From: an uncultured Gemmatimonadales bacterium
Lineage (GTDB): Bacteria; Gemmatimonadota; Gemmatimonadetes; Longimicrobiales; RSA9
Assembly: GCA_963708135.1 (NCBI GenBank)
Contig: OY970192.1
Location: 4,576,001-4,640,000 of the forward strand
DNA: 64,000 nucleotides
Direction of reading: 5' to 3'
Positions 8,991 to 19,365 of the stretch are shown here, in pieces (position 1 is the first letter of the stretch; every line of letters starts with the position of its first letter). The notes below the pieces were generated by a model. The model was not told the DNA's origin. It ran no database searches and was given only the letters and a program-made list of their open reading frames with translations. The position numbers and the translations under genes are program-made.

Positions 8991-11900
8991 ATGGCGAACG
9001 GCATGGAACGGCGTGAGTTCCTGAAGGTGGTGGGGGTCGCGGGGGCGGGGGCGGCGATGGCGAGCTGCAGCTCCAAGGGGCCGGAGCGGCTGCTGCCGTA
9101 CGTGATCCCGGAGAAGGACATCGTCCCGGGCATGGCCACGTACTACCGGACCACGTGCCGGGAGTGCCCGGCCGGTTGTGGGATGGACATCAAGACGCGG
9201 GAGGGCCGCGCGATCAAGGCGGAGGGCAACCCGCTCTCTCCGATCTCGCACGGCAGGCTGTGCGCGCGCGGGCAGGCCTCGCTGCAGGGGCTCTACAACC
9301 CGGACCGGGTGCCGCAGGCGCTCGCGCGCTCGGGCGATTCCTACCAGAAGATCACGTGGGACGACGCGGAGCAGCGCCTGGCCGCCGCGCTGCAGCAGAA
9401 CCGCGGCCGCACGGTGTTCCTGACCGAGAGCTACCCGGGCACCCTGGATCGGCTGATCGATGACTTCTGCGCTGCCGTGGGCGCGCAGCGCGTGATCTAC
9501 GACACGTTCGACTACCAGCCGATCCGGGCCGCGAACCGGGCGCTCTTCGGCGTGGACGGAGTGCCGGTCCACGATTTCTCGCAGGCGGACGTCGTGGTCA
9601 GCTTCGGCGCCGACTTCATGGAGACCTGGCTCTCGCCGGTGGACTACGCGCACGGGTTCGTGCAGGCCACGGCGTACGGGGACGGCAAGGTCGGCCACTT
9701 CATCGCGGTGACGCCGCACCAGTCGCTGACGGACATGAACGCGGACGAGTGGATCCCCGCCCGTCCGGGCACGGAGCACCTGGTCGCGCTGGCGATGGCG
9801 AAGCTGGTGGCGGAAAAGACGGGGAGCGCGGGCGCGGCGGCGGGGCTGCTCGGCTCAGTGGACGTGGACCAGGCGGCCCGCGCGGCCGGCGTGCCGGCGG
9901 AGAAGATCCGGCTTGCCGCCGCGGCGTTCGGCAACGGCGGCCGCTCGCTCGCGGTCGGACCGGGCGTCTCCTCGGCCCACGCCTCGGCCACCGCGCTGGC
10001 GGCGGCCGTGGGCGTGCTAAACACGGTGGCGGGCAACGTGGGGAAGACGGTGCGCTTCTCCGAGCGCGAGGAGCACGCGGCGCGCGGCGTCGCCTACCGC
10101 GACGTGCAGCAGCTGTTCACGCGCATGAAGGCCGGGGAGGTGGGCGCGCTGCTGGTATACGGGCCGAACCCGCTCTACACGCTGCCGCCGTCGGACGACG
10201 TGGCGGCGGCGCTCGACAGGGTGCCGTTCGTCGCGTCGTTCGCGAGCTATCGGGACGAGACCACGGCACGCGCGCACCTGCTTCTCCCCGACCATCACTT
10301 CCTGGAGAGCTGGGGCGACTACGTCCCGCGCACCGGCGTGCGGTCCCTCATCCAGCCGGTGATGATGCCCGTCTTCGACACGAAGCAGACGGGGGATGTG
10401 CTGCTGTCGGTGGCGAAGCGGGCGGGCGTTTCGCTGCCCACCGCCGCCACCACGTTCTACGACTATTTGCGCGAGCGCTGGGGCACCGACGTGCACCCGG
10501 GCGCGGGCGGCGCGGCGCCGTTCGAGGGCTGGTGGCGCGAGACCCTTCAGCAGGGCGTGGTCGTCACCACGCGCCCGGCAGGCGGGGCGGGGGCGTCGCT
10601 CTCCGGGGCGGGCCTGGCCGGGATCAAGTTCGAGGTTCCCAGCTTCCCCGCGGCGAAGGGAGGCGACGAGTTCCAGCTGATCACGTACCCGTCCTACAAG
10701 TACTACGACGGCCGGCTGGCCAACCGGCCGTGGTTGCAGGAGCTTCCCGATCCGGTCTCCAAGATGGGCTGGACCTCCTGGGTGGAGGTGAACCCGGAGG
10801 CGGCGCGCCGGCTCGGGCTGGACGAGGGGAGCCTGGCGGAGGTCGAGACGGCGCAGGGGAAGGTGCGGCTGCCCACCTTCGTGCACCCGGGCATGCGCCC
10901 GGACGTGATCGCGATCCAGCTCGGCCAGGGGCACCATGACCTCGGCCGCTGGGCGGAGGGGCGCGGCGTCAACGCGGCCGGCCTGCTCGGCGCGGTGGCG
11001 GAGCCGGCCTCCGGTGCCCTGGTCTACACGCAGACCAGGGCGACGCTGCGCGCGACGGGCGAGTGGGCGCGCTTCCCGCACCAGGGCAACGTGCTCACCG
11101 AATCCGGCCGCCACATCTACGACACCGTGAGCCTGGCCGAGGCGAACGCGGCAGCCGGCGCCCCGGCGGGCGCGGTGGCCGCGGGTGGCGAGCGGGGCGA
11201 GGCGGGCGAGACGAACCCGAAGGACAAGGTCGTCACGGAGCTGCAGAAGACGGGCGGCTTCGCGCCGGAGCCGGTCGAGGCCGGGCCCGCGGGCTACCCG
11301 CCGCCCTCCGTCTACTACGGCGAGTACACCGAGACGCAGCCACGCTGGGGGATGGCGATCGACATGGACCGCTGCATCGGCTGCAGCGCGTGCGTGACCG
11401 CATGCTACGCGGAGAACAACATCGGCATCGTGGGGCCCGAGCTCATGGCGAACGGGCGGATCCTGCACTGGATCCGGATCGAGCGCTACTACCCGCAGGC
11501 GGAGACGACGGCCGCGGCGGGCGCGACGTTCCTGCCGATGCTCTGCCAGCAGTGCGGCAACGCGCCGTGCGAGCCGGTCTGCCCGGTGTACGCGTCCTAC
11601 CACACGCCGGAGGGGCTGAACGCGCAGGTTTACAACCGTTGCGTGGGGACGCGCTACTGCGCGAACAACTGCCCGTACAAGGTGCGCTACTTCAACTGGT
11701 TCAGCTGGGAGTGGCCCGAGCCGCTGAACTGGCAGCTGAACCCGGACGTCACGGTGCGCGAGAAGGGCGTGATGGAGAAGTGCACCTTCTGCGTGCAGCG
11801 GATCCGGGACGCCCAGAACCAGGCGCGACTCGAGGACCGGGGGCCGCACGATGGCGAGATCGTGCCGGCGTGCGCGCAGACGTGCCCCGGCGAGGCGATC

Positions 11901-12041
11901 GTGTTCGGCAACGTGAAGGACCCGAACTCGCGGGTGGCGCAGGTCTCGGCTTCGGGGCGGGGCTATCGCGTGCTGGAGGACCTCAACACGCAATCGGCAA
12001 TCACCTACCTGAAGAAGGTAGTCGAATCTTCGGAGGCCTAG
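8991..12041 (+). CDS. actB: Alternative complex III ActB (molybdopterin-oxidoreductase-like domain fused to Fe-S dicluster domain)
   Basis: Tat motif RREFLK; NRPWLQELPDP; CIGCSACVTAC, CQQC..APCEPVCP, CVGTRYCANNCPY, VMEKCTFCVQRI. Confidence 0.93.
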   Translation: MANGMERREFLKVVGVAGAGAAMASCSSKGPERLLPYVIPEKDIVPGMATYYRTTCRECPAGCGMDIKTREGRAIKAEGNPLSPISHGRLCARGQASLQGLYNPDRVPQALARSGDSYQKITWDDAEQRLAAALQQNRGRTVFLTESYPGTLDRLIDDFCAAVGAQRVIYDTFDYQPIRAANRALFGVDGVPVHDFSQADVVVSFGADFMETWLSPVDYAHGFVQATAYGDGKVGHFIAVTPHQSLTDMNADEWIPARPGTEHLVALAMAKLVAEKTGSAGAAAGLLGSVDVDQAARAAGVPAEKIRLAAAAFGNGGRSLAVGPGVSSAHASATALAAAVGVLNTVAGNVGKTVRFSEREEHAARGVAYRDVQQLFTRMKAGEVGALLVYGPNPLYTLPPSDDVAAALDRVPFVASFASYRDETTARAHLLLPDHHFLESWGDYVPRTGVRSLIQPVMMPVFDTKQTGDVLLSVAKRAGVSLPTAATTFYDYLRERWGTDVHPGAGGAAPFEGWWRETLQQGVVVTTRPAGGAGASLSGAGLAGIKFEVPSFPAAKGGDEFQLITYPSYKYYDGRLANRPWLQELPDPVSKMGWTSWVEVNPEAARRLGLDEGSLAEVETAQGKVRLPTFVHPGMRPDVIAIQLGQGHHDLGRWAEGRGVNAAGLLGAVAEPASGALVYTQTRATLRATGEWARFPHQGNVLTESGRHIYDTVSLAEANAAAGAPAGAVAAGGERGEAGETNPKDKVVTELQKTGGFAPEPVEAGPAGYPPPSVYYGEYTETQPRWGMAIDMDRCIGCSACVTACYAENNIGIVGPELMANGRILHWIRIERYYPQAETTAAAGATFLPMLCQQCGNAPCEPVCPVYASYHTPEGLNAQVYNRCVGTRYCANNCPYKVRYFNWFSWEWPEPLNWQLNPDVTVREKGVMEKCTFCVQRIRDAQNQARLEDRGPHDGEIVPACAQTCPGEAIVFGNVKDPNSRVAQVSASGRGYRVLEDLNTQSAITYLKKVVESSEA

Positions 12042-12047
12042 CCGAGC

Positions 12048-13439
12048 ATGGCGACCGTGATCCGCTCCGAGACCCACCCGGCGATCGAGTCGTACGCCGA
12101 GGTCAACCGCGACGTCCTCAAGCTGCTGTCGCGGCCGGGGAAGGGCTACCTGGCGCTGCTGGCGCTGGTGCTGGCCGGCGTCGGCCTCATGGCCTTCGCG
12201 TTCGGGACGCAGGTGTACCTCGGCATCGGGATGACCGGGCTGCGCAACCCGGTGGGGTGGGGCCTCTACATCACGACCTTCGTGTTCTGGGTTGGCATCG
12301 CGCACTCGGGGACGCTGATCTCGGCGATCCTCTACCTGTTCCGCGCGCGCTGGCGGCAGTCGATCTACCGGGCTGCCGAGGCCATGACCGTGTTCGCGGT
12401 CATGACGGCGGGGCTGTTCCCGATCATCCACCTCGGTCGCCCCTGGCTCTTCTACTACCTGCTGCCGTACCCGAACCAGCGCCTGATCTGGCCGAACTTC
12501 CGCTCGCCGCTCCTCTGGGACGTCTTCGCGGTGGGCACCTACTTCACGGTCAGCGCGACGTTCTTCTTCATCGGGATGATCCCCGACATCGCCGCCGCCC
12601 GTGACGCGGCGACGGTCCGCTGGCGGCGCAAGCTCTACGGCGTGCTCTCCCTCGGCTGGCGCGGTACGAACTGGGAGTGGAAGCACTTCACGCGCGCGTA
12701 CCTCTATCTAGCCGCCCTGGCGACGCCGCTCGTGCTCTCGGTGCACTCGGTCGTGTCCTGGGACTTCGCCATGTCGCTGGTGCCGGGGTGGCACTCCACG
12801 GTGTTCGCGCCCTACTTCGTGGCGGGCGCGATCTACAGCGGCCTGGCGATGGTGCTCACGCTGCTCATCCCGATCCGTAAGATCTTCGGGCTCGAGGCCT
12901 ACTTCACGCCGCGCCACATCGAGTCGATGGCGAAGGTGATGCTGCTCACCTCGATGATCGTTTCGTACGCGTACGTGTGCGAGGCCTTCGTGGGCTGGTA
13001 CAGCTTCGAGCCGTTCGAGGTGACGGGCGGCTACATACTCTACGGTGCGGTCGGCACCTTCTGGTGGTCAACCTGGCTCATGCTGACGTGCAACAGCTTC
13101 GTGCCGCAGCTGCTGTGGTTCAGGAGCGTGCGGCGCAGCATCCCGGCGATGTTCGTGATCACGTTGTTCGTGAACATCGGGATGTGGTTCGAGCGCTACT
13201 CGATCATCGTGATCAGCCTCTCGCACGAGTACGCGCCGTGGCAATGGGAGGCGTACAAGCCGTCCTGGGTGGAGCTGTCGATTCTGGTGGGGAGCTTCTG
13301 CTGGTTCTTCATGTGGTTCCTGCTGTTCCTGAGGCTTCTGCCGGCGATCTCGGTGGCCGAGCTGAAGGAAGTGCTGCCGGCGCCGCTGCGTTCGCGAAGG
13401 CGGCTTCGCGCGGCGGCGGGTCCCGAGGAGGTGAGCTGA
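12048..13439 (+). CDS. actC: Alternative complex III NrfD/PsrC-like quinol-oxidising membrane subunit ActC
   Basis: FVFWVGIAHSGTLISAIL, IHLGRPW, PNFRSPLLWD, LVLSVHSVVSWDF motifs. Confidence 0.95.
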   Translation: MATVIRSETHPAIESYAEVNRDVLKLLSRPGKGYLALLALVLAGVGLMAFAFGTQVYLGIGMTGLRNPVGWGLYITTFVFWVGIAHSGTLISAILYLFRARWRQSIYRAAEAMTVFAVMTAGLFPIIHLGRPWLFYYLLPYPNQRLIWPNFRSPLLWDVFAVGTYFTVSATFFFIGMIPDIAAARDAATVRWRRKLYGVLSLGWRGTNWEWKHFTRAYLYLAALATPLVLSVHSVVSWDFAMSLVPGWHSTVFAPYFVAGAIYSGLAMVLTLLIPIRKIFGLEAYFTPRHIESMAKVMLLTSMIVSYAYVCEAFVGWYSFEPFEVTGGYILYGAVGTFWWSTWLMLTCNSFVPQLLWFRSVRRSIPAMFVITLFVNIGMWFERYSIIVISLSHEYAPWQWEAYKPSWVELSILVGSFCWFFMWFLLFLRLLPAISVAELKEVLPAPLRSRRRLRAAAGPEEVS

Positions 13440-13978
13440 TGCACGGGCACACCGAGCCCGGGATCCTGGCGAGCTTCGACACGCTGGACGCGGCGGTGTC
13501 GGCGATCGAGAAGGTACGGGCGCAGGGGCTGGGCGAGCTGGTGGTGTTCACGCCGGTGCCACGGCACGAGCTGGACCATGCGCTACACGAGCCGGAGAGC
13601 TCGGTCCGCCTCTACACGCTCGTGGGCGGGCTGACGGGAGCGGCGACCGGGTTCGCGCTGACGACGTGGACCTCGCTCGACTGGCCGCTGATCACGGGCG
13701 GGAAGCCGATCATCTCGCTGCCGCCGTTCGTGGTGATCGCCTTCGAGCTGACGATCCTTTTCGGGGCGCTGTCGACAGTGCTGGGGCTGTTCGTGAACGC
13801 GCGGCTGCCGCGGGCGCGGCTGGAAGTGGTCTACGATCCGTCGTATTCCGCGGACCGCTTCGGTGTGTTCGTGGCGCCCGCTGGCGGGAAGGAGGCGGAC
13901 GCGCGGCGCGCGCTGGAAGAGGCCGGGGCGGTGGAGATCCGGGAGCGCCCGGAGGAGGTGGATGTTGGTACGCTCTGA
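13439..13978 (+). CDS. actD: Alternative complex III subunit ActD (DUF3341)
   Basis: TPVP.H, DWPLITGGKP..SLPPF..IAFELTIL; TGATG coupling with actC. Confidence 0.9.
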   Translation: MHGHTEPGILASFDTLDAAVSAIEKVRAQGLGELVVFTPVPRHELDHALHEPESSVRLYTLVGGLTGAATGFALTTWTSLDWPLITGGKPIISLPPFVVIAFELTILFGALSTVLGLFVNARLPRARLEVVYDPSYSADRFGVFVAPAGGKEADARRALEEAGAVEIRERPEEVDVGTL

Positions 13979-14615
13979 GGCGCGGCGGCGGGGCGGGGCG
14001 GCGGCGGTGCTGCTGGCGGCGACTGTGCTCGGCGGGTGCACGCGCATCGACAACGCACTGGCGACGGTCCCGTTCTTCTCGTTCATGCAGTCCTCGCCGG
14101 GCTTCGATCCCTACGAGGGCACCCGGCCGGCGCCGCCGGGGTCGGTTCCTTACGAGTCTCCGAACGAGGAGCAGACGGTTCCGCCGGTGGAGCCGAACGA
14201 GGCGTCGCTGCAGGCGTTCGCGGCGCAGGTGAAGAACCCGGTGCCGATGAGCGACACGGTGGCGCTGCGTCAGGGGGCTGATCTCTTCCACCGCTACTGC
14301 TTCGTCTGCCACGGCCCGACGGGCACGGGGAACGGGCCGATCATCGGGCCGGGCAAGTTCCCGTTTGCGCTGAACCTGATGCTTCCGGTCACGGTGGCCC
14401 GCAGCGACGGCTACATCATGGGGATGATCACCGCGGGGCGGGGGCTCATGCCGGAGTACGGCAGCAAGATCCCGGTGCCGGAGCGGTGGTACATCGTGAA
14501 CTACGTACGGACCCTGCAGCAGCGGGCGGCCGCCGGGGCCGGGCAGGCCGGGGCGGCGCCGGCGGGTGTGCCGTCGGCGTCGCCTGGCGCGGGCGGCGCG
14601 GGTGCGGGCCGCTGA
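13962..14615 (+). CDS. actE: Alternative complex III monoheme cytochrome c lipoprotein ActE
   Basis: Lipobox LGGC, RPAPPGSVP, single CFVCH, GLMP.Y, ERW.IV.YVR. Confidence 0.88.
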   Translation: MLVRSEARRRGGAAAVLLAATVLGGCTRIDNALATVPFFSFMQSSPGFDPYEGTRPAPPGSVPYESPNEEQTVPPVEPNEASLQAFAAQVKNPVPMSDTVALRQGADLFHRYCFVCHGPTGTGNGPIIGPGKFPFALNLMLPVTVARSDGYIMGMITAGRGLMPEYGSKIPVPERWYIVNYVRTLQQRAAAGAGQAGAAPAGVPSASPGAGGAGAGR

Positions 14616-14626
14616 GGATGTGAACA

Positions 14627-15916
14627 ATGGCGCATGACGTGGTCGATCTGGATGTGCCGGTGCTCCGCCTGGAGGCGCCGAAATGGCTGCTGGCGGGCGT
14701 GCTCGTGCTCATCGGCGTGGTGGCGTTCATCCTGGCGCTGGTGACGGACACGGACCGGGCCTGGCACGCCTACCTCTACAACTGGATGTTCTTCGCGTGC
14801 ATCGCATCCGGGGCGGTGATGCTCTCGGCGGTGGTGACCATCGCGCGGGGGCTCTGGTCGCAGCCGATCCGGCGGATCGCAATGGGCTTCGTCGCGTACC
14901 TGCCGATCTCGTTCCTGCTCTACATCCCGCTGATGTTCGTGGGGCGCCACATCTTCCCGTGGGTTCACGGCGGGCTGCCGCCCGGCAAGACGGCGTGGCT
15001 GAACCTGCCGTTCGTGGCCGTGCGGAACGTGCTGGCGCAACTGGCGTTCGTGTCGGTGGCGGTGGCCTTCGCCTACTGGTCGCTGCGGCCGGACGCGGGG
15101 CTCGCGCGCGACGGCGCGCCGACGCATCTGGACGGCGTCTACGCGCGGCTCACGCGTCGCTGGCGCGGCCAGGAGCAGGAGGAGATCCGGGCGTCGCACA
15201 ACACGGCGGTTCTCGCGCCGGTCATGGTGCTGCTCTACGCGCTCTCCTTCAGCCTGATCGCCTTCGACTACGTGATGTCGCTGGATCCCGAGTGGAAGAG
15301 CACGCTGCTGGGCGGCTACTTCTTCATGAGCGCGTTCCTCGGCGGCATCGCGGCCACGTCGGTGGCGGTGTTCTTCTACGGCCGCTCGCTGGACCTGAGC
15401 AACGAGATCCGGCCGACGAACGTACACGACCTGGGCAAGCTGCATTTCGCGTTCAACATCTTCTGGGCGTATCTCTTCTGGGCGCAGTTCATTGTGATCT
15501 GGTACGGCCTGCTGCCGAACGAGCAGAACTGGGTCTCGTACAGGTTCGGGCACCCGTACTTCGTGATCGCGGTGCTGGTGCTGCTCTGTCTGTTCGTGAT
15601 CCCGTTCTTCACGCTGCTGGGCGTGAAGCCGAAGCGTACGCCCTGGATCCTCGCGACGGTCTCGACGATCGTGCTGTTGGGGCTCTGGTTCGAGCGCAAC
15701 CTGCTGGTCTATCCGTCCTGGTACCACGAGACGGGCCGCATCATCTTCGGTTGGCAGGAGATCGGGATCACGCTCGGCTTCGCGGGGCTGCTGCTCGGGG
15801 CCGTGACGTGGTTCGGCTCGCGCTTCCCGGTGCTGCAGCTGTGGCGGCCACTCGCGGAGCTGGAGCTGCTCGGGCACCTCAAGCAGGACCCGATGGAGCA
15901 GGTGACGGAGAGCTGA
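14627..15916 (+). CDS. actF: Alternative complex III membrane subunit ActF
   Basis: WLN.PF, DYVMSLDPEW.ST, HDLGKL.FAF..FWAY...QF..IWY. Confidence 0.9.
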   Translation: MAHDVVDLDVPVLRLEAPKWLLAGVLVLIGVVAFILALVTDTDRAWHAYLYNWMFFACIASGAVMLSAVVTIARGLWSQPIRRIAMGFVAYLPISFLLYIPLMFVGRHIFPWVHGGLPPGKTAWLNLPFVAVRNVLAQLAFVSVAVAFAYWSLRPDAGLARDGAPTHLDGVYARLTRRWRGQEQEEIRASHNTAVLAPVMVLLYALSFSLIAFDYVMSLDPEWKSTLLGGYFFMSAFLGGIAATSVAVFFYGRSLDLSNEIRPTNVHDLGKLHFAFNIFWAYLFWAQFIVIWYGLLPNEQNWVSYRFGHPYFVIAVLVLLCLFVIPFFTLLGVKPKRTPWILATVSTIVLLGLWFERNLLVYPSWYHETGRIIFGWQEIGITLGFAGLLLGAVTWFGSRFPVLQLWRPLAELELLGHLKQDPMEQVTES

Positions 15917-15932
15917 GCGGCGGGGCGGACGG

Positions 15933-16715
15933 CTACCGCTGGCGGGCGAGCACCTTCCTGACCTCAATGGCGATGGCGCGCAGCAGCCCGGCCTCGCGGC
16001 GATCCATGTCGGCCCGCCTGGCGAGGGCGCGCAGCACGCGGAGAATGGCATCGGGCTTCCGGCTCTTGAAGAAGTCGATGGCCGCGAGCGAGGCCTGGAC
16101 GTCCTCGAACAGCTGACGCGTCTCGGCCGCGGTGGCCGGCGGGGTGGTGCGGCGGGGACGGGGAAGCGGCTTCTCCGTCCCCGCACGCGCGAGGTACAGC
16201 TCGTAGGCGAGGACGAGCACGGCCTGCGCCAGGTTGAGCGAGGAGTGGCGCGGGTCGGTGGGGATGGTGACCAGCCGGTCGCACGCATCGAGCTCCTCGT
16301 TCGAGAGCCCCTTGTCCTCGCGCCCGAAGACCAGCGCGACGGGCCCCCTGCCGGCGCCGGCGATGGAGAGGATCTCGGGCGCGGCCTCGCGCGGGTGCTG
16401 CCAGACGTAGGGTGCGGCGCGCCGGCGGGCGGTGGTTCCCACGACGTGCACGGAATCGGCGACGGCGTCGGGTAGCGCATCAAAGAACTCGATGCGCTCG
16501 AGCAGCGGCTCCGAGCCGTGCGCGATCCCCGCAATGCGGTAGGCGTCGTACTCGGCGGGGCGCACGAGGCGCAGCCGGTCGAGCCCCATGTTTCGCATCG
16601 CGCGCACCGTACCTGCTATGTTGACGAGGTCCTGCGGCTCGCTGAGGACGATGACGATGGCGTCCGCGGCCGCTTCATCCGCGACGCCGTTCCCGGCGCC
16701 ATTCCGCTCTTTCAT
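15933..16715 (-). CDS. trmJ: TrmJ/LasT-family tRNA methyltransferase (SPOUT)
   Basis: [30 protein letters not shown]. Confidence 0.85.
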   Translation of the reverse strand: MKERNGAGNGVADEAAADAIVIVLSEPQDLVNIAGTVRAMRNMGLDRLRLVRPAEYDAYRIAGIAHGSEPLLERIEFFDALPDAVADSVHVVGTTARRRAAPYVWQHPREAAPEILSIAGAGRGPVALVFGREDKGLSNEELDACDRLVTIPTDPRHSSLNLAQAVLVLAYELYLARAGTEKPLPRPRRTTPPATAAETRQLFEDVQASLAAIDFFKSRKPDAILRVLRALARRADMDRREAGLLRAIAIEVRKVLARQR

Positions 16716-16763
16716 GGGCGGGAAGGTGGACCCCGGTGCGACGGCGCGTCAATAGGAGGAACC

Positions 16764-17738
16764 ATGGCCAGCTTCCAGGGCGCGGAATGGATCTGGAAGA
16801 ACGGGGAGATCGTCCCCTGGGCTTCCGCCACGATCCACGTCATGAGTCACGTGGTGCACTACGGCTCGTCCGTGTTCGAGGGGATCCGCTGCTATCGCAC
16901 GCCGGTTGGTCCGGCGATCTTCCGGCTCGGCGACCACATGCGCCGGCTGCAGGACTCCTGCAGGATCTACCGCATGGACGGGGTGCCGGACGCGGAGACG
17001 CTCCGGAAGGCCTGTCTCGAGGTGGTGGCGCGGAACGGGCTGGAGGCGTGCTACATCCGGCCGGTGGTGTTCCGCGGCTACGGGTCGCCGGGAGTGAACC
17101 CGACGGCGTGCCCGGTGGAAGTCTACATCGCGTGCTGGGAATGGGGCGCGTACCTGGGGGAGGAGGGGATGGCGCGAGGGGTGGATGCGTGCGTCTCGAC
17201 CTGGCAGCGCCCGGAGCCGAACACGTACCCGGCGGTGGCCAAGGCGGGCGGCAACTACCTGAACGGGCAGCTGCTGAAGATGGAGGCCCACGTGAACGGC
17301 TACGCCGAGGCGATCGCCCTCGGGCCGCGCGGCCTGGTCAGCGAGGGGAGCGGACAGAACCTCTTCCTCGTACGTAACGGCGTGTTGATCACGCCTGCCG
17401 TGGACGGCACCTTCCTGCGCGGGATCACCCGCGACACGATCCTCACGCTGGCGCACGATCTCGGGATCCCCGCCCGCGAGCAGGGCGTTCCGCGCGAGAC
17501 GCTCTACACGGCGGACGAGGTCTTCTTCGTGGGCACGGCGGCCGAGGTCACGCCGGTGCGGAGCGTCGACAGGATCAATGTCGGGAGCGGAACCGTTGGC
17601 CCGGTCACACGCGCGCTGCAGAAGCGATTCCTGGCGGTGGCGCGCGGCGAGGTCGAGGACGCGCACGGCTGGTTGACGCCGGTCCACGACGCGGCGCGCC
17701 CCCTTTCCGGCCTAGCTAGTGGACCGTATCCGAAGTAG
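16764..17738 (+). CDS. ilvE: Branched-chain amino acid aminotransferase
   Basis: [47 protein letters not shown]. Confidence 0.93.
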   Translation: MASFQGAEWIWKNGEIVPWASATIHVMSHVVHYGSSVFEGIRCYRTPVGPAIFRLGDHMRRLQDSCRIYRMDGVPDAETLRKACLEVVARNGLEACYIRPVVFRGYGSPGVNPTACPVEVYIACWEWGAYLGEEGMARGVDACVSTWQRPEPNTYPAVAKAGGNYLNGQLLKMEAHVNGYAEAIALGPRGLVSEGSGQNLFLVRNGVLITPAVDGTFLRGITRDTILTLAHDLGIPAREQGVPRETLYTADEVFFVGTAAEVTPVRSVDRINVGSGTVGPVTRALQKRFLAVARGEVEDAHGWLTPVHDAARPLSGLASGPYPK

Positions 17739-17883
17739 CGATGGCATTCGCTGGCGGATCGGACGCGACCCGCCGCGTTGCTCGTCGTCGAAATAGCGCT
17801 GCTATTCCTTCCTCCTCGCGCCTTGCGCTTCGCGCCCGCTCCGCCGGCTCGGTGCTCACCGAACTTCAGCTACGGTCCACTAG
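17716..17883. mobile_element. MITE-like structured repeat, long copy (168 bp), CTAG-bounded
   Basis: Terminal inverted repeats CTAGTGGACCGTATCCGAAGT / ACTTCAGCTACGGTCCACTAG (19/21), internal long hairpin; second copy at 19856-19925. Confidence 0.75.
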
Positions 17884-19187
17884 CCGCCGCTCTCCGGAGC
17901 GGGGGCGGGTATCCGCCCCGCGCCCCGGGGCACGAGGAGGCCCAGCAGGAGCGCCGCCAGGAGCGCGAGTCCGGCTCCCGCGAGAAACGCCGTTTCCGCG
18001 CCGAATCGCTGCCAGAGAAATCCGAACAGCAGGCTGGCCGGAAGGGCGGCAATCCCGATGGAGGCGTGGTAGACGCCGAATCCGAGACCCCGGATGTCCG
18101 CAGGGGCGAGCCCCGCCACGAGCGCCTTTTCCGGCGCTTCCGTCAATCCGTAGAACAGGCCGTAGACCAGGAACAGCGCCCAGATCTCCCACTCGCGGGA
18201 CGCCACGGCGAAACCGGCGTACGTGGCCGCGTAGAATAGCCAGCCGGCCAGGATGGCCCGCCGCGGGCCGGCCCGGTCCGCGAGCAGCCCGCCCGGGACG
18301 CTCCACGCCATCTTGCTGACGTGGAAGGCGGCCCAGAGGACAGGCACGAGCACGAGCGCCACGCCGAGGTCCTGCGCCCGCAGGAGCAGGAACGCGTCGG
18401 ACGCGTTGCCCAGCGTGAAGACGACCAGCACCCCCATGAGCCGGAGGAACGGGCCGCCGAGGCGGTCGAAAGCCGAGGCCGACGCCGGCGGATCGCCCGG
18501 TGGGACCGCTCCCGCCCCGGCCGGCGCGCCGCGGCCGCGGGCGGAAGTGGAGGCGGGCGAACCGGAGGAGGGCGGCGTCGCCTCGGGGATCGGGACATCA
18601 CGGACCCGCGCGGCCAGGACCGCCACCGCCACGAGCCCGGGAATGGCCGCGAGCGCGAAGACCAGCCGGAGATCCGACGGCAGCGCGAGGAGCAGAGCGG
18701 AGGCGAGGAGAGGTCCGAGCACGGCGCCGGCGTGGTCCGCGGCGCGGTGCAGCCCGAATGCGGCGCCCAGGCGCCCGGCCGGGACGGACTCGGCGAGCAG
18801 CGCATCCCGGGGGGCCGTCCGGATGCCCTTCCCGACGCGGTCGGCGAAGCGGATGACCAGGACGTGCCACGCCGCCGCGGCGAGCGCCATGAACGGCCGC
18901 GCGACGACCGCCAGGCCGTACCCCCAGACGGCGAGCGCCTTGCGGCGCCCCAGCCGGTCCGACAGCCAGCCGCCGCCCAGCTTGACCAGGCTCGCCGTCG
19001 CGTCCGCGACCCCCTCGATGAGCCCCAGGAACGCCGGCCCCGCCCCGAGCATCTGCAGGACGAAGGCGGGAAGTAGCGGGTAGATCATCTCGCTCGCGGT
19101 GTCGTTCAGGAACGACACGACGCTGAGCCACAGCACGTTGCCCCGGAGCAGCCCGCGCACCCCGTTCGGCCCTTCCGCTGCGTTCAA
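17880..19187 (-). CDS. MFS transporter
   Basis: SFLND.ASEM.YPLLP, G.LSDR.GRRK, DRVGKGIRTAPRDAL, F.LGNASDAFLLLR; TTG start after GGAGGGG. Confidence 0.9.
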   Translation of the reverse strand: MNAAEGPNGVRGLLRGNVLWLSVVSFLNDTASEMIYPLLPAFVLQMLGAGPAFLGLIEGVADATASLVKLGGGWLSDRLGRRKALAVWGYGLAVVARPFMALAAAAWHVLVIRFADRVGKGIRTAPRDALLAESVPAGRLGAAFGLHRAADHAGAVLGPLLASALLLALPSDLRLVFALAAIPGLVAVAVLAARVRDVPIPEATPPSSGSPASTSARGRGAPAGAGAVPPGDPPASASAFDRLGGPFLRLMGVLVVFTLGNASDAFLLLRAQDLGVALVLVPVLWAAFHVSKMAWSVPGGLLADRAGPRRAILAGWLFYAATYAGFAVASREWEIWALFLVYGLFYGLTEAPEKALVAGLAPADIRGLGFGVYHASIGIAALPASLLFGFLWQRFGAETAFLAGAGLALLAALLLGLLVPRGAGRIPAPAPESGG

Positions 19188-19365
19188 CTCACCCCTCCAG
19201 CCGGGGCGCCGGCCGCGGCCCGCACTGCTCCGGCGCCAGTCCGGCAGCCGTTTGGTCCACTGGCCGAATCCCGGTGCGGCGGACTCGATTTTGCACTTTA
19301 CCTGCGCCGCCGGAGCCGGGCAAGATGCCCGGCTCCTTGCACTTAGAGGATAACCGAGGCGTTCT

